A DNA stretch of 64,000 bases from assembly GCA_963804165.1 (NCBI GenBank), contig CAWDPO010000014.1:64001-128000 (forward strand), in the 5' to 3' direction. Source of the DNA: an uncultured delta proteobacterium (GTDB lineage: Bacteria; Desulfobacterota; Binatia; UBA9968). Position numbers and translations under genes: made by a program. The notes beneath the pieces are model-generated. The model worked only from the letters and a program-made list of their open reading frames with translations, was not told the DNA's origin and searched no databases. Of this stretch, positions 37,497-49,252 are shown piece after piece (positions within the stretch are counted from its first letter, which is position 1; each line of letters begins with the position of its first letter).

Positions 37497-38378
37497 ATGC
37501 GCGTAGTCGTTACGGGAGGTTCGGGTCGGCTCGGGCAGTTCGTCGTGCGCGAGCTTTTCAGCCACAGCCATCAGGTTTCGATGCTCGATACGATCAAGCC
37601 CAGAGAATGTGTCTGTCCGACCTACACTGCCGATCTCAGCAAAGCGCATGCGCTGCAAGATTATTTCAAAGGTGTAGACGCAGTCGTCCACCTCGCGCGG
37701 CAGCGCTTCCCGTACACCGAAACGGGATTCAATGTCGAAGCGCAACGCTGGGAGTTTCCCGATGTCGCGGCGGACGCCGAACGGTTTAATCTCAACGTCG
37801 CTCTCACCAATAATGTCTTGGCCGCGGCGCAAATTGCGGGAGCAAAGAAGTTTGTCTGTGGCTCGAGCCTGGCGGTCTATGGACTTTATTATCCGGTAAC
37901 CGCGTTGCAGCCAGACTATCTGCCGATCGACGAAGAACATTCGAGCCGACCGCAAGACCCCTATGGGCTAAGCAAACTGGTCGGCGAAAAGTTGTGCGAT
38001 GCAATCAATTTAAAAACCGGTTTGCAGATCGCGAGCTTGCGTTTTTCCGGTATCTATACCGAGGAGCATCGAGGAAGACTTGCCGAGCGCAGTAAGAATC
38101 CGCTCATCCGCGGCACGGGCGCGTTGTGGAGTTACGTCGACGTACGCGACGCCGCGCGCGCCTGCCGCCTCGCGCTCGAAGCGAATTTTGCGGGCCATCA
38201 GACTTTTAACCTCTGCGCGCCGGACACGATCATAACCATGCCGACGGCGGAGCTGGCCGCCAAGTATCTGCCGCAGGTGCAATCCGTGCGCAAAGGCGAG
38301 GGCCGTTGGAGCGGTTACGATACCGCGAAGGCGGAAAAGATGCTGGGCTTCCGCGCCAAGTTGTTGCTGCACAATTAA
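37497..38378 (+). CDS. NAD-dependent epimerase/dehydratase family
   Basis: VTGGSGRLG, SSLAVYG, YGLSK, VDVRDAA. Confidence 0.92.
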   Translation: MRVVVTGGSGRLGQFVVRELFSHSHQVSMLDTIKPRECVCPTYTADLSKAHALQDYFKGVDAVVHLARQRFPYTETGFNVEAQRWEFPDVAADAERFNLNVALTNNVLAAAQIAGAKKFVCGSSLAVYGLYYPVTALQPDYLPIDEEHSSRPQDPYGLSKLVGEKLCDAINLKTGLQIASLRFSGIYTEEHRGRLAERSKNPLIRGTGALWSYVDVRDAARACRLALEANFAGHQTFNLCAPDTIITMPTAELAAKYLPQVQSVRKGEGRWSGYDTAKAEKMLGFRAKLLLHN

Positions 38379-38496
38379 ACCAGCGGCGCTTTCACTCTGC
38401 TGTAGTAACTCAACCAAGGCACAGTTTATTTTCGCGATCTTATCCAGTAAGTAGGGGGGTAGGTAAATTGAATCAGCGGAGGCCTGACATCAGCTT

Positions 38497-39873
38497 ATGA
38501 TGGATTTACGGGAGTTTCTCGACACGTTGGAAAAAGCCGGCGAGCTGCACACCATTGCGGCTCAAGTTGATCCGAAGCACGAGCTTGGCGCCATTTGTAA
38601 GATCTTCAACGAGCGGCCGAACGGTCCTACATTGCTATTCGAGAACGTCAAGGGCTCGAAGATTCCCGTAGTTGGACAATTGTTGGCGAGCGACCGGCGT
38701 GTCGCCCTCGCCTTGGGCCTCTCGCAAAAAAATGTTTTCGACGAAACCGTTCGGCGCGCGACGAAGCCGATTCCGACGCGGCTGGTCGCGAACGGTCCTT
38801 GCCAAGAAGTGGTCATGGAGGGGAGCGAAGTCGACGTCACGAAATTGCCTTTGTGCACCAACAATCCGCGCGACGGCGGGCCGTACATTACGGCGGGTCA
38901 TGTGATTATCAAAGATCCGGAGTACGGCAACAATCTGGCGATCTACCGGATGATGTTAGTGTCCAAAAACGAGGTCACGATTCGCTTCACCCCCGGCCAC
39001 GACGGTTATGATTTTATCAAGAATGCCGAGAAGCGCGGCCAGAAAAAGTTCGAAGTCGCGGTATGCGTCGGTGTGCCGCCGGCCGTTTATGTTGCTTCGC
39101 AGTTCGAGCCGCGAGCCGGCGTCTTCGAGCTGGAGATTGCCGGCGGATTGGCCGGCGAACCGGTCGACGTGGTCAAGTGCCGTACCATCGACTTGGAAGT
39201 CCCAGCGCTCGCCGAGATTGTCCTCGAAGGCGAGCTGACGATCCCGGCAAAGACCGGCGACGAGGGGCCCTTCGGTGAATTCTGCGGTTATACCACGGCG
39301 CGGGTGCCCAACGAGCGCATCATGACGATCAAGGCGGTGACCCAGCGCAAGAATCCGATCTACCACAATATCTGGCTCGGCAAACCGCCGCATGAACATT
39401 TATATGTAGACGCGTTGACCTACGCCGTGGCGGCTTACCAGGAGTTGAAGCCCGCTTATCCGGCTTTGAAGAAGGCCTATGCGCCGCCCTGGGGAGTTTC
39501 GATCGTATTGATCCTGCAACTTGAAAAACGCTTGATGCGGCCTGGGATCGTCAACAATATCCTTGCCGCCTCGCTCTATACACGAAGCGGTAAATGGAAG
39601 CATGTCATCGTCGTCGACGAAGATATCAATCTCGAAGATCCCAACGAGGTTCTTTGGGCGCTGACCACTCGTTTCCAGCCGGCGACGGATATGTATGTGA
39701 TTCCGCGTGGCATCACCAGTTCACTGGAGCCGTCGGCGACCGTGGACGGACTGACGTCAAAACTGATGCTCGATCTAACGATCAAAGAAAACTTTCGCGG
39801 CGAAGTGGCGGAACCCACCGACGCCATGCGTCAGACGGTTTTGCAACGCTGGAAAGAATATGGTTTCAAATAA
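38497..39873 (+). CDS. UbiD-family prFMN-dependent (de)carboxylase
   Basis: MDLREFL, RDGGPYIT, EIVLEG, EGPFGEFCGY, VVDEDI...WALTTRFQP. Confidence 0.93.
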   Translation: MMDLREFLDTLEKAGELHTIAAQVDPKHELGAICKIFNERPNGPTLLFENVKGSKIPVVGQLLASDRRVALALGLSQKNVFDETVRRATKPIPTRLVANGPCQEVVMEGSEVDVTKLPLCTNNPRDGGPYITAGHVIIKDPEYGNNLAIYRMMLVSKNEVTIRFTPGHDGYDFIKNAEKRGQKKFEVAVCVGVPPAVYVASQFEPRAGVFELEIAGGLAGEPVDVVKCRTIDLEVPALAEIVLEGELTIPAKTGDEGPFGEFCGYTTARVPNERIMTIKAVTQRKNPIYHNIWLGKPPHEHLYVDALTYAVAAYQELKPAYPALKKAYAPPWGVSIVLILQLEKRLMRPGIVNNILAASLYTRSGKWKHVIVVDEDINLEDPNEVLWALTTRFQPATDMYVIPRGITSSLEPSATVDGLTSKLMLDLTIKENFRGEVAEPTDAMRQTVLQRWKEYGFK

Positions 39874-39878
39874 AAAAA

Positions 39879-39920
39879 TCGTTCAAGCTGTTCAATGCGT
39901 TCAAATCGTTCAAGCCGTTT
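39879..39920. repeat. 9-mer tandem repeat (GTTCAANNC)
   Basis: CGTTCAAGCTGTTCAATGCGTTCAAATCGTTCAAGCCGTT; related units at 57244-57260 and 61263-61377. Confidence 0.6.
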
Positions 39921-39959
39921 TAAGATAGGACTTCAGATTCATCCGAGAGGGAACTTTCG

Positions 39960-41200
39960 GTGGCGAAAGTAAGCGCGACGAGAAAGAACAAGAGCGTTAC
40001 AGTCGCGGATATTCCGCACGTCGGGCCCGGGACGCCGTGCGGCGAATGGTTTCGGCGCTATTGGCTCGTCGTCGGCACCACCCAGGAGCTTTACGACATC
40101 CCTCAAGCCGTGAAAGTCCTGGGCGAAGATTTGGTATTGTTCCGCGACCAGTTTGGCAAAGTTCGGATTGCTCGGTGAACACTGCTCACATCGCGGCGCG
40201 TCGTTGGAATACGGCGATATCGAAGATGGCGGTCTGCGCTGTCCATATCACGGCTGGTTGTTCGACGTTCAAGGCCAGTGCTTAGAGATGCCGGCGGAAC
40301 CAAAAGACAGCAAGTTTTGCCAGAAAGTGAAACACCTTTCCTATCCCGTGAGGGAGTTGGGCGGGTTGCTCTTCGCCTACATGGGATCCGGACAAGGACG
40401 ATCCGCCGCCGCTCCCCAAGTACGCGCCCCTCGTCGAGCGTAGCGGCCAATGGCAGATCGAGCCTGTGCGTCACGCCGAATATAACTGGTTCAACTTCTT
40501 TGAAAACTCCGCGGACCCTGCCCACGTATGCATCCTGCACCGAGACGCCGGTTACGGCCAGCAATCCTGGGGCAATCAGTTTTTTAGTTACACGGAAATG
40601 CCGCATTTCGAATTTGTCGAGATGGATTACGGCATGAAAGTCGTTATGACCAAACCCGGCCCGGAGCCGGGCACGGAATTCGTCGACGAAATGAGTCTGG
40701 CCTTGCCGAGTATCGTTCAAGTGGGCGATACGGAGTTCGTCCACGCGAAAGCTGACGCGGCGGCACTGATCAAGGCAGGCTCGCAGTGCGAGCATTGGAT
40801 GTTTGTCACGCCCAATGACGATGACCACTTCATGCTCTTTACCGCGGACAATTACCGTGGCCCGGAAGAGAAGTTCTTCGAGAAACTCAAAGCGCTGCGC
40901 GCAAAAGAAACGCCGGCGCAAGAAGTGATGCCCTACGACAAGCGCAAGTTCATGCCCTACAAGGGCAACGTTCGCAAGGAAGATCTGGTCACCCAAGGAA
41001 CGCAGGGTTTGCTCGGCGAGCGCAATGAACAGCTCGGCGTCTCCGATCGCGGCGTGATCAAGTTTCGCAAGATCGTTGTGGATGCCATCGAGACGGCCCT
41101 GAACGGCGGCGTGCCCAAGGGGATTGTTGACACAAAGCGAGCGAAGGAGCTCTATCGTTTGGATACCCAGGTGGGAGTGCGGGCGCAGAGATCAAATTAG
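39960..41200 (+). CDS. Rieske oxygenase alpha subunit, paralog of 35296 (frameshifts ~40160 and ~40390)
   Basis: CSH...CPYH; ENSADPAHVCILH; LGVSDRGVI. Confidence 0.88.
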
Positions 41201-41229
41201 GTTAGCGATTGGTGAGATCTAAAAAGCAA

Positions 41230-41306
41230 AAGCAGATTCTTCGTCGTTGCACTCCTCAGAATGACACTCTCTCCGAGTTGTCATCCTGAACGTAGTGAAG
41301 GATCTG
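41230..41306. repeat. Intergenic inverted repeat (AGATTCTTCG...CAGAATGACA / TGTCATCCTGAAC...GAAGGATCT)
   Basis: Two inverted arms visible in the sequence. Confidence 0.65.
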
Positions 41307-41324
41307 ATTTAATGAGGAGGCAAA

Positions 41325-42215
41325 ATGATTCGTGGAGTTTTGTTGCCGATAATCACGCCGTTTGACGAGAAGGTTCGCGTCGATGAACAGATGATGCGCC
41401 AAATCGTCGACTTTCACATCAAGGCCGGTGTGCAGGGGTTGTTCGTGCTCGGCTCCACCGGACAGGGACCGGCGATGACTGTCGAAGAACGCAAGCAGAC
41501 GGCGGCGATCGCCCTCGACCAGGCCAAGTCGCGGGTGCCGGTGATCATTCACGTCGGCACGGCCGATGCAGGCAGCGCGGTGGAGCTAGCGGAGCATGCG
41601 GCGGCACATAAAGCCGATGTGGTGGCGATCGTGCCGCCATATTACTACTCCGATCACACCGAGTTCGAAATCATCGCGCACTACAAAGCCGTGCACAAAG
41701 CGGTGCCACTGCCGATCTACATCTACGAGAATCCCAAATATTCCGGCATTTCGATTCCGCCCGCCTTTGCCGTGCGAATGAAAGAGCATGTGCCTGCGCT
41801 CAAGGGCATCAAAGTCGCCTATGGCCAGGGCGCTTTGCTCGAGTATGTTCGGCTTTTACCCGATGTTTCCGTTTTCACCGGTAATGCGGATCTGTTCGGC
41901 CTGGTGCCGTTCGGCGTTGCCGGTATGATCAATCCGCCGACGAGTTTTGTTCCCGAGCTGTGCGTTGAATTGTTCAATGCGCTTGATCGCAAAGACTACC
42001 CGGCTGCCGTCGCAGCGCAGAAACGCGTAGATACCGCCGCGCGCTTGGTCGCGTCGCGCCTGCGCAAGTACGGCCGGGTGCCTCTGCAAGAGGTGTATCG
42101 TATGCGCGGTTTCGCGGTGAAACGTTTTCCCAAATGGGAGACCGAGCAAATGCCAAAAGAAGAAATCGCCAAATTGGAGCGCGAGCTGAGAGACGAGGGG
42201 ATTCTCGGGCAGTGA
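41325..42215 (+). CDS. DHDPS/N-acetylneuraminate lyase family class I aldolase
   Basis: ITPF, GLFVLGSTGQ, VPPYY, IYIYENP, GIK Schiff-base Lys. Confidence 0.9.
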   Translation: MIRGVLLPIITPFDEKVRVDEQMMRQIVDFHIKAGVQGLFVLGSTGQGPAMTVEERKQTAAIALDQAKSRVPVIIHVGTADAGSAVELAEHAAAHKADVVAIVPPYYYSDHTEFEIIAHYKAVHKAVPLPIYIYENPKYSGISIPPAFAVRMKEHVPALKGIKVAYGQGALLEYVRLLPDVSVFTGNADLFGLVPFGVAGMINPPTSFVPELCVELFNALDRKDYPAAVAAQKRVDTAARLVASRLRKYGRVPLQEVYRMRGFAVKRFPKWETEQMPKEEIAKLERELRDEGILGQ

Positions 42216-42345
42216 AAGTAAATTGAAATCGTTATCACTCCACAGCGGGACTAAAGTCTTCAAGGAAGTTGTTGCTTCGAGCGAGACGCGCGAACGTTGC
42301 CCGATTGATGGTTTTGGCGGCGCGGGCCATCGAAGCATCGTTGCG

Positions 42346-43338
42346 ATGGTGATGAATGCTGGAAGAGCGCTTTTCGTCACTCTGTTCGCATTACTCGCAC
42401 CGACCTCTTCATTCCTCTTCGCCGCACAAGCAGAGCCCATTCGATTGGCGTACAGCTCGATCAGCGGTGCCATGGCGCCCTTATGGGTGGCGCAGGACTT
42501 TGGATACTTTCGCCGCCAGGGATTGGATCTTCAGCTTCTCTACATCGGCGGCGGGTCCGTCGCGACTCAAGCTCTCATCGGCGGCGATGTGCAATTTGTC
42601 CGGCTCGGCGCGAACGCCGTCGTTCAGGCTTCGCTTAGAGGGGCGAATCTCAAGATGATCGGCAATACGATCAATACCTTGGTGTTTTCCCTTATGGCGC
42701 GGCCCGAAATTCAGGGCGCCAAGGATCTAAAGGGAAGAAAAATAGGCTTGACTCGTCTCGGCGGTTCGACGGATTTTGCTTTGGATCTCGCTCTAAAAAA
42801 ATGGGGACTTCGGCGGGGTTCGGACGTGGCGGTTATTCAGACCGGCGGCATGCCGCAACTGCTTGGGGCGATTACCGGCGGCATCGTCGACGCCGGCGTG
42901 GTCTCGCCGCCAACCAACTTGTCCGCGGCGAAGCTTGGTCTTAAGGAATTGGTCGATTTCGGTGAAATCGGCATTGTGTATCCCAACTCGCCGCTTGCAA
43001 CCTCGCAGCTCTATTTGGAAAGGAACCGCAGCACCGCCTTGAGAGTTTTGCGCGCCTACTGCGAAGGTATTCATCGCGCAAGAACGGACAGAGAGGGAAC
43101 GATGAAGGTGCTGGCGAAGTACACCAAAGTCTCAGACATGGAGATTCTCGCTGAGCTCTACCGAATCTACGGCGTGAAATACCTCGAGCCGATTCCAAGA
43201 GTGCGGCTGGATGCCGTCGAAGAAGTACTGCGCTCCGAGGTGAAAACAGGAGCTGGCGTCAAAGCGAGTGACTTTGTCGACAATAGTCTAGTCGCGGAGC
43301 TCGAGCAGCAAGGATTGTTTCAGACGTTGTATCGATAG
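42346..43338 (+). CDS. NMT1/SsuA-like ABC substrate-binding protein
   Basis: PLWVAQDFGYFRRQGLD, LKGRKIGLTRLGGSTD; paralog of 36503. Confidence 0.88.
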   Translation: MVMNAGRALFVTLFALLAPTSSFLFAAQAEPIRLAYSSISGAMAPLWVAQDFGYFRRQGLDLQLLYIGGGSVATQALIGGDVQFVRLGANAVVQASLRGANLKMIGNTINTLVFSLMARPEIQGAKDLKGRKIGLTRLGGSTDFALDLALKKWGLRRGSDVAVIQTGGMPQLLGAITGGIVDAGVVSPPTNLSAAKLGLKELVDFGEIGIVYPNSPLATSQLYLERNRSTALRVLRAYCEGIHRARTDREGTMKVLAKYTKVSDMEILAELYRIYGVKYLEPIPRVRLDAVEEVLRSEVKTGAGVKASDFVDNSLVAELEQQGLFQTLYR

Positions 43339-43344
43339 GAGGCA

Positions 43345-44775
43345 ATGATGGCATACAAGGATCTGCGCGAGTGGATGGAGCAAGTCGACCAGTTGGGCGA
43401 ACTCAAAACCGTGGAAGGCGCGGATTGGGATCTGGAGATCGGCGCGATTATCGAGATGGCCCGCAAGGAGTCTAAGATCGCTCCCTGCATACTTTTCGAT
43501 TCCATCAAGGGCTTTGCCAAAGGTTTGAGAATCGTGGCCGGACAACTCAACTCGATCAAGCGGGTCGCGCTTACCTGCGGTATGCCGACCGACATGGCGA
43601 CCATGGATTTGGTCGCCGCCATGCGCAAGAAGATCAAAGACATGAAGCCGATCCCACCGCGAGAGGTCAAAGAAGGACCTTTTATGGAGAACGTCTGGGA
43701 AGAGAAAGATGTTGACGTTCTGCGCTTCCCGACGCCACGCTACAACATCGGCGACGGCGGACGCTACATCGGCACCGGTCATCTGACGATCACCAGGGAT
43801 CCGGAAGAGGGTTGGCTCAACATCGGCACTTACCGAGTGATGATTCACGATAGTAAATCGGTGGGTCTCTACATTTCGCCGGGACGGCATGCGCGTATTC
43901 AGATGGAAAAATATTTTGCTCAAAACCGCCCCATGCCGGTGGCGCTTTCCTTGGGGCACGATCCGCTTCTCTTCATGGCGTCGGCGTTTGAAGTGCCTTA
44001 TGGTCTTTCGGAGTACGATTTTGCCGGCGGTCTGAAAGGCGCGCCCATCGATGTGGTGAAACTGGCGCGAATCGGGTTTCAGGTGCCGGCGACAGCGGAG
44101 GTTGTCATAGAGGGAGAATGTTTGCCGGGAGATCAAAAGACCGAGGGGCCATTCGGGGAGTGGACCGGATACTACGCGAGTCATATTCGCGAAGAACCCA
44201 TCATCCGGATCCGCCGCATGTATTTTCGCAACGATCCGATCATGGCGGGCGCGCCGCCGAGCCGCCCGCCGACCGAAGCGACTTTCTATAAAAGTTTTTG
44301 GCGCTCGGCGATGGTTTGGGAAGAGCTGGAGCGCGCCGGGGTGCCTGACGTTGTCGGGGTTTACTGTCCGCCCGAAGGCAATACACGCCTGCTCACCGTG
44401 GTGGCCATTCGGCAGCGTTATCCGGGCCACGCGCGCCAGGCGGGATTGATCGCGTCTCAATGTCACGCCGCCGCCTATCTCGGGCGCTTCACCGTCGTGG
44501 TCGACGAAGACATCGACCCCACCGACATGAAGGATGTGTGGTGGGCGATGACTACACGCTGCGACCCGTCCGAGGACATCGAGATCTTGCGGCGCTGCTG
44601 GAGCGGTCCCCTGGATCCGATCGTTCAAAGAGGCAAAAAGGGATTCAATTCGCGCGCTGTCATCGATGCTTGTCGACCGTATGAATGGATCAAAGATTTC
44701 CCCGCGTCGGTGATCGTTCCACCCGACTTGGCGAAGCAAGTCAGGGAAAAGTGGGGAAAACAGATTTTATCGTAA
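43345..44775 (+). CDS. UbiD-family (de)carboxylase
   Basis: YKDLREW, DGGRYIGT, EVVIEG, EGPFGEWTGYY, VVDEDIDP. Confidence 0.93.
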   Translation: MMAYKDLREWMEQVDQLGELKTVEGADWDLEIGAIIEMARKESKIAPCILFDSIKGFAKGLRIVAGQLNSIKRVALTCGMPTDMATMDLVAAMRKKIKDMKPIPPREVKEGPFMENVWEEKDVDVLRFPTPRYNIGDGGRYIGTGHLTITRDPEEGWLNIGTYRVMIHDSKSVGLYISPGRHARIQMEKYFAQNRPMPVALSLGHDPLLFMASAFEVPYGLSEYDFAGGLKGAPIDVVKLARIGFQVPATAEVVIEGECLPGDQKTEGPFGEWTGYYASHIREEPIIRIRRMYFRNDPIMAGAPPSRPPTEATFYKSFWRSAMVWEELERAGVPDVVGVYCPPEGNTRLLTVVAIRQRYPGHARQAGLIASQCHAAAYLGRFTVVVDEDIDPTDMKDVWWAMTTRCDPSEDIEILRRCWSGPLDPIVQRGKKGFNSRAVIDACRPYEWIKDFPASVIVPPDLAKQVREKWGKQILS

Positions 44776-44809
44776 GCGGCCGCGCTGAGTTCATAGGAAA
44801 TTTCTTTTC

Positions 44810-45409
44810 ATGATTCGTTACGAATGCTTCGAATGGCTTGCGCCGCTTATGACGGACCAACTAGTAGTCACGTCCCTCAGCGGCCAAAGGGTCGAGTGGG
44901 GACATCTTTCGAAGCGCGAAGCGGATCTCAATCTCGGTTCCATGGGCAATGCTCTTGCGGTCGCCATCGGTCTGGCTCTCGCTCTGCCGCATCGAAAAGT
45001 TTTCGTCTTCGAGTCCGACGGCAGCGTGCTGCTATCGCTCTTCAATCTGCCGACGCTGGCGAACCTCAATCCGCCCAACATGGCCGTGTTCGTTTTCGAC
45101 AATCAGGCTTACAGCGGCACGAGAATCAGTTATCCGAGCGCGACGGCGGGAAAGACGGATCTTGCGGCAGTGGCCAAAGGCTCCGGTATCGAGCACGCGG
45201 TAACGGTGTCGAAGTTAGAGGATTTCAAGCACGAGGCGACGGCGGCGCTGAGCGAGCCCGGCCTGCGCTTCGTCGTCTGCAAAATCGAAGAGAGCCTCGG
45301 CCACCGGCAGATCACCCGAAGCGATGTCGATTTGTTGGAAACGAAATATCGCTTCGTGCGTTATCTCGAGCGCACCGAAGGCAGGCCGATCTTCCAGGGA
45401 CGCGGGTAA
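44810..45409 (+). CDS. ThDP-dependent decarboxylase beta subunit (ComE/phosphonopyruvate decarboxylase-like)
   Basis: GSMGNALAVAIGLALALP, ESDGSVLL, VFDNQAY. Confidence 0.85.
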   Translation: MIRYECFEWLAPLMTDQLVVTSLSGQRVEWGHLSKREADLNLGSMGNALAVAIGLALALPHRKVFVFESDGSVLLSLFNLPTLANLNPPNMAVFVFDNQAYSGTRISYPSATAGKTDLAAVAKGSGIEHAVTVSKLEDFKHEATAALSEPGLRFVVCKIEESLGHRQITRSDVDLLETKYRFVRYLERTEGRPIFQGRG

Positions 45410-45438
45410 ATGATTCAATCATATTTATTTGGAATGTC

Positions 45439-45945
45439 ATGAAAGCCGAGCTCGCCAGCAGAACGGTCGCGGGACTTAAAGACGCGGGAATAAATTTCGT
45501 CAGCTACATGCCCGAGACGAGATTGAGCGAGATTCTACCGGTGATGAAGGCGGACGGCTCTTTTACTCTCGTCCCGGTCGCGAGCGAAGCCGAGGGAGTG
45601 GGCATTGCCGCCGGAGCATCGATGGGTGGAAAGGGTTCCGCGGTTTATATGGAAGGAACCGGTCTGTTTGTTTCGACCTATAATCTCCTCACAGTCGGCG
45701 AACGGTACGGCGTGCCGATGTTGTTGCTGATCGCTTACGTCGGAAGCTTCGAAGATCAGCGCAATTCTTACCTGTTTTCTCATTACGGCAACAAGACAAA
45801 AGGAATACTCGATACCCTCGGCATCCAATACCTGACCGTCGATTCCGCCAACGAGCTCGAAACGCGGATCAAAGACGCCGTCAGAATGATGCACGCCTTG
45901 AAACTGCCCGTGGCTTTGCTGTTCACGGGAGAATTCACCGAATAA
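45439..45945 (+). CDS. ThDP-dependent decarboxylase alpha subunit (ComD-like)
   Basis: LKDAGINFVSYMPE, ASEAEGVGIAAGA, YGVPMLLLIAY. Confidence 0.85.
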   Translation: MKAELASRTVAGLKDAGINFVSYMPETRLSEILPVMKADGSFTLVPVASEAEGVGIAAGASMGGKGSAVYMEGTGLFVSTYNLLTVGERYGVPMLLLIAYVGSFEDQRNSYLFSHYGNKTKGILDTLGIQYLTVDSANELETRIKDAVRMMHALKLPVALLFTGEFTE

Positions 45946-45975
45946 TTCTCCAATCCTAATGAAGAGGTCAGCAAG

Positions 45976-46952
45976 ATGAAATTGCGCGGCTGCGATTTTG
46001 CGCGGCGTTTTCGTTGTCGCTAGTGACTTTAAGTTTGGCACTCCATAGCGTCGAAGCCAAAACTATTTACATTGCGGTTTCCAACCCCGACATGTCGTTT
46101 CTAAGCGGCGGCGTGGCTAAGTATCAAGGATACTTCAAGGACGAAGGGCTGGACGTCGAGGTCTTGCAGATGAACGCCAACGTTTCCGTGGCGGCGTTGG
46201 CGGCGGGCAACGTAGATTACAATCTGATATTGCAATCGGTGGTCACGGCGAATTTGCGCGGTCTGCCGCTCAAAATCGCCGGCATTCTCATCGAGCGGCC
46301 CAACCATGTCGTCGTGGTGCATCCGAGCATTCAGAAATTCGCCGATCTGAAAAACAAAAAGATCGCCATCAGCTCTTTCGGTTCCCTCGTGGATATTCTC
46401 GCCAGGCTGACGGCGGCGCACTTCCAGCTCGATCCGCGCAAGGAAGTGGACTACGTCGCGGCAGGGAGCAGCTCGGCGCGCGTCGCGCAACTGCAGGCCG
46501 GCGTGGTGCAGGCGGCCTTCGTCACGCCGCCGGGCAATTTGAGAGCGGAGGCGGCGGGCTTCAAGACATTGCTGCGAGTCCGCGATTTGTTCCCTTTTCC
46601 TGTGAACGGTATCGGCGTTACCGAACAGAAACTCAAGACGAATAGAGACGAAGTGAAAAAAATCGTCCGCGCGCTGCTCCGGGCCAACCGCTTCATCATC
46701 AACAATCCGAAGGGCGCGATCAAGATCCTGTCGGATTGGGGCAGAACGAAACCCGAGGTTGCCGAAGACGCCTACAACGACAACGCGAAAAATTATAGCC
46801 GAAATCTTCTAGTGTCGAGAGCGACCTTGGAAAACGTCATCGAGAGCACGCGTTGGAATGTCGAATTGAAAAGGAATGTCTCAGTCGATGAGATATTCGA
46901 CTTCAGCCTGGTGCGCGAGGTTCTGAAGGAAATGGGAGAATCGCCGAGCTGA
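45976..46952 (+). CDS. NMT1/SsuA-like ABC substrate-binding protein (start uncertain, probable early frameshift)
   Basis: QGYFKDEGLDVE, DLKNKKIAISSFGS. Confidence 0.85.
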
Positions 46953-49252
46953 TGAGCACGCGCTCAAAAAGCCGAAAATCGCACTGACGGCACAAGCAAC
47001 CCTTTCGGGGGCGCAGCCAAAGTCATTGGAACTCCGACGCCGCGTTTAGAAGGGCCCTGAAAAAGTATCGGGGCGGGCGATCTATGCCACCGACGTCAAC
47101 TTGCCGGGCATGCTTTGGTGCAAAGTCTTGCGCAGTCCGATCTCTCACGGCCGCATCAAGAAGATCGATGTGAGCCGCGCTCGCGCTTTACCCGGCGTGC
47201 ACGCGATCATTACCGGCGAAGACGTCAAAGGGCTATTGATTGGCAGAAAAATTTACGACATGCCCATTCTCGCCGACGGCGTGGTCCGGTTTATCGGCGA
47301 GAAAGTCGCCGCGGTGGCGGCGGAGAAGCGAGGCGATCGCTGAAGAAGCGGTCGAGCTGATCGACGTCGAGTACGAGGAAATGCCGGCGTTGCTCGATCC
47401 GCTCGAAGCGGTCAAACCTTCGGCCACGCTGCTCCATCCTAACGTCCAGGGTATCGGGGACTTGCTTCATCCAATCGAGACGCCGAGCAACGTGTTCGTC
47501 AACATGAATTGGAAAAAAGGCGATGTCGAAGCAGGGTTTCACGACGCGGATATCATTATCGAGAACACTTTTACGACCAAGCCGGTGCATCAAGCCTATA
47601 TCGAGCCGCACGCGTGTGTCGTCCGGGCGCAAAGTGTTGGAAGCGCCGATATCTGGGCATGCTCCAAGGTGCCGTTCGCGTTGCGCGAGCAATCGCCACG
47701 GCGTTCGGCAAAGGCCTGCGAGAATTTTATCATCCACCCCTGTTATATCGGCGGCTGCTTTGGCGGCAAGGGCGACTTCATGGATGTGCCGGCCTGCTAT
47801 CTGTTGTCCCTGAAAAGCGGGCGGCCGGTGAAAATGGTGATGGATTATTCGGAAGAATTCGTCGCGGGCAATCCGCGCCATGCTGCCATCGTATTCGGGT
47901 AAAAAGCGGCGTCAAAAAGGACGGCCGGCTCGTAGCGCATCAAATGGAGTACGTCTTCGACAGCGGCGCGTACGGCGCATTCAAGCCTCAAGGTTATTTG
48001 GTCGGTCCGAAGGAAGCTGCCGGGCCCTTACAGAATTCCCAACGTCTTCATCGAAGAAAAAATCGTTTACACTAACAAAATTCCGTGCGGCCACATGCGC
48101 GCGCCGGGCGATCCGCAAGGTTTTTTCGCCAACGAGTCGCAGATGGATTTGATCGCGCGCCGATTGGGCATGGACCCGATCGCGTTCAGGAAAAAAGAAT
48201 TTGATGCACGACGGCGATCTCTCGCCGATCGGCCACGCGGTGCCGCATATCAAGAGCGACGAAATTCTCGACGGCAGCCGTCGAGAGTTCCGGCTACCGC
48301 CGGCCGAAGCGCAAAGCATACCGGGCGCGGTATCGCGGTTTCGCAGTGGTTGCCGCTCGGCGGCGAAAGCCACGCGTTCGTCTCGATCGATGCGCAAGGA
48401 GACGTTACTCGTTTCCACGGCGATGCTCGATCAAGGCGCGGGGACGCATACGGCGATGCGGCTGGTTGCCGCCGAGGAGTTGCAACTTCCGCTCGAAAAA
48501 ATCCGGATCGCGACGCTCGACACGAGCAAGGTGGGACCGGATACCGGCATCGGCGCCAGCCGCGGCACGCGCATCTTCGGCAACGCACCCGTTTGGCGGC
48601 GGCGCAGGCGAAAGAGCAATTGCTCGACGCTGCCAGCGCTAAACTCGGCGTTGCCAAGGAACAGCTTTCTTTGACCGGCGACGGCGCCGTGCGCGCTCCT
48701 ACGGGTCCAAGCTTGAGCTATCGCGAGATCGTGACGTCGAGCGGCGTCAGAAATTCGCGGCCATGGCTTTTATAAGAATTTCGAATCGGGCCCGGCAGCG
48801 GCGCTTTGTGTCCAGGTCGCCGAAGTCGATGTCGATGTGGAAACCGGGCAGGTCAAACTCACGCATTTCACGAGCGCGCACAGCACCGGAACGGTTTTGA
48901 ACCCGCTGATGCATCAAGGCCAGATCGACGGCGGCGTCGTTATGGGCATGGGCTACGCGCTTATGGAAGGAGTGATGATCGACGGCGGCAATGTGGTCGA
49001 CGACCAATTTTGGCGAGAACAAGATTCCCTCGATTCGGGACATTCCAGTTCTGAAAACGGTTATTCAGGAATTCCCGGTCGGCAACGGTCCCTACGGCGG
49101 CATGAGCATCGGCGAACCGCCGGTGCGTTCCGACCGCGGCGGCCATCGCCAATGCGGTGGAGGATGCCGTCGGCGCGCGAATCTATGATTTGCCGATTAC
49201 CGCGGAGAAGGTGCTGCGGGCGATGCGCGCTAGGAATGGAGTAATGGAGTGA
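46952..49252 (+). CDS. Xanthine dehydrogenase/CoxL-family molybdopterin-binding subunit (many frameshifts)
   Basis: LRSPISHGRI, HQAYIEPHAC, IGGCFGGKG, MRAPGDPQ, GIGASR, GQIDGGVVMGMG, GMSIGE spread over successive frames. Confidence 0.85.

Noticed and set aside
43288-44739. Long antisense ORFs (483 aa here; also 1345-2301, 23122-24144, 28011-29099)
   Set aside because: Typical high-GC shadow frames opposite well-supported genes, with no recognisable motifs
44824-45438. Apparent 373-aa ORF 44824..45945 as a fusion protein
   Set aside because: The first 205 codons are an off-frame overlap with the ComE-like gene; only the part from 45439 is ComD-like
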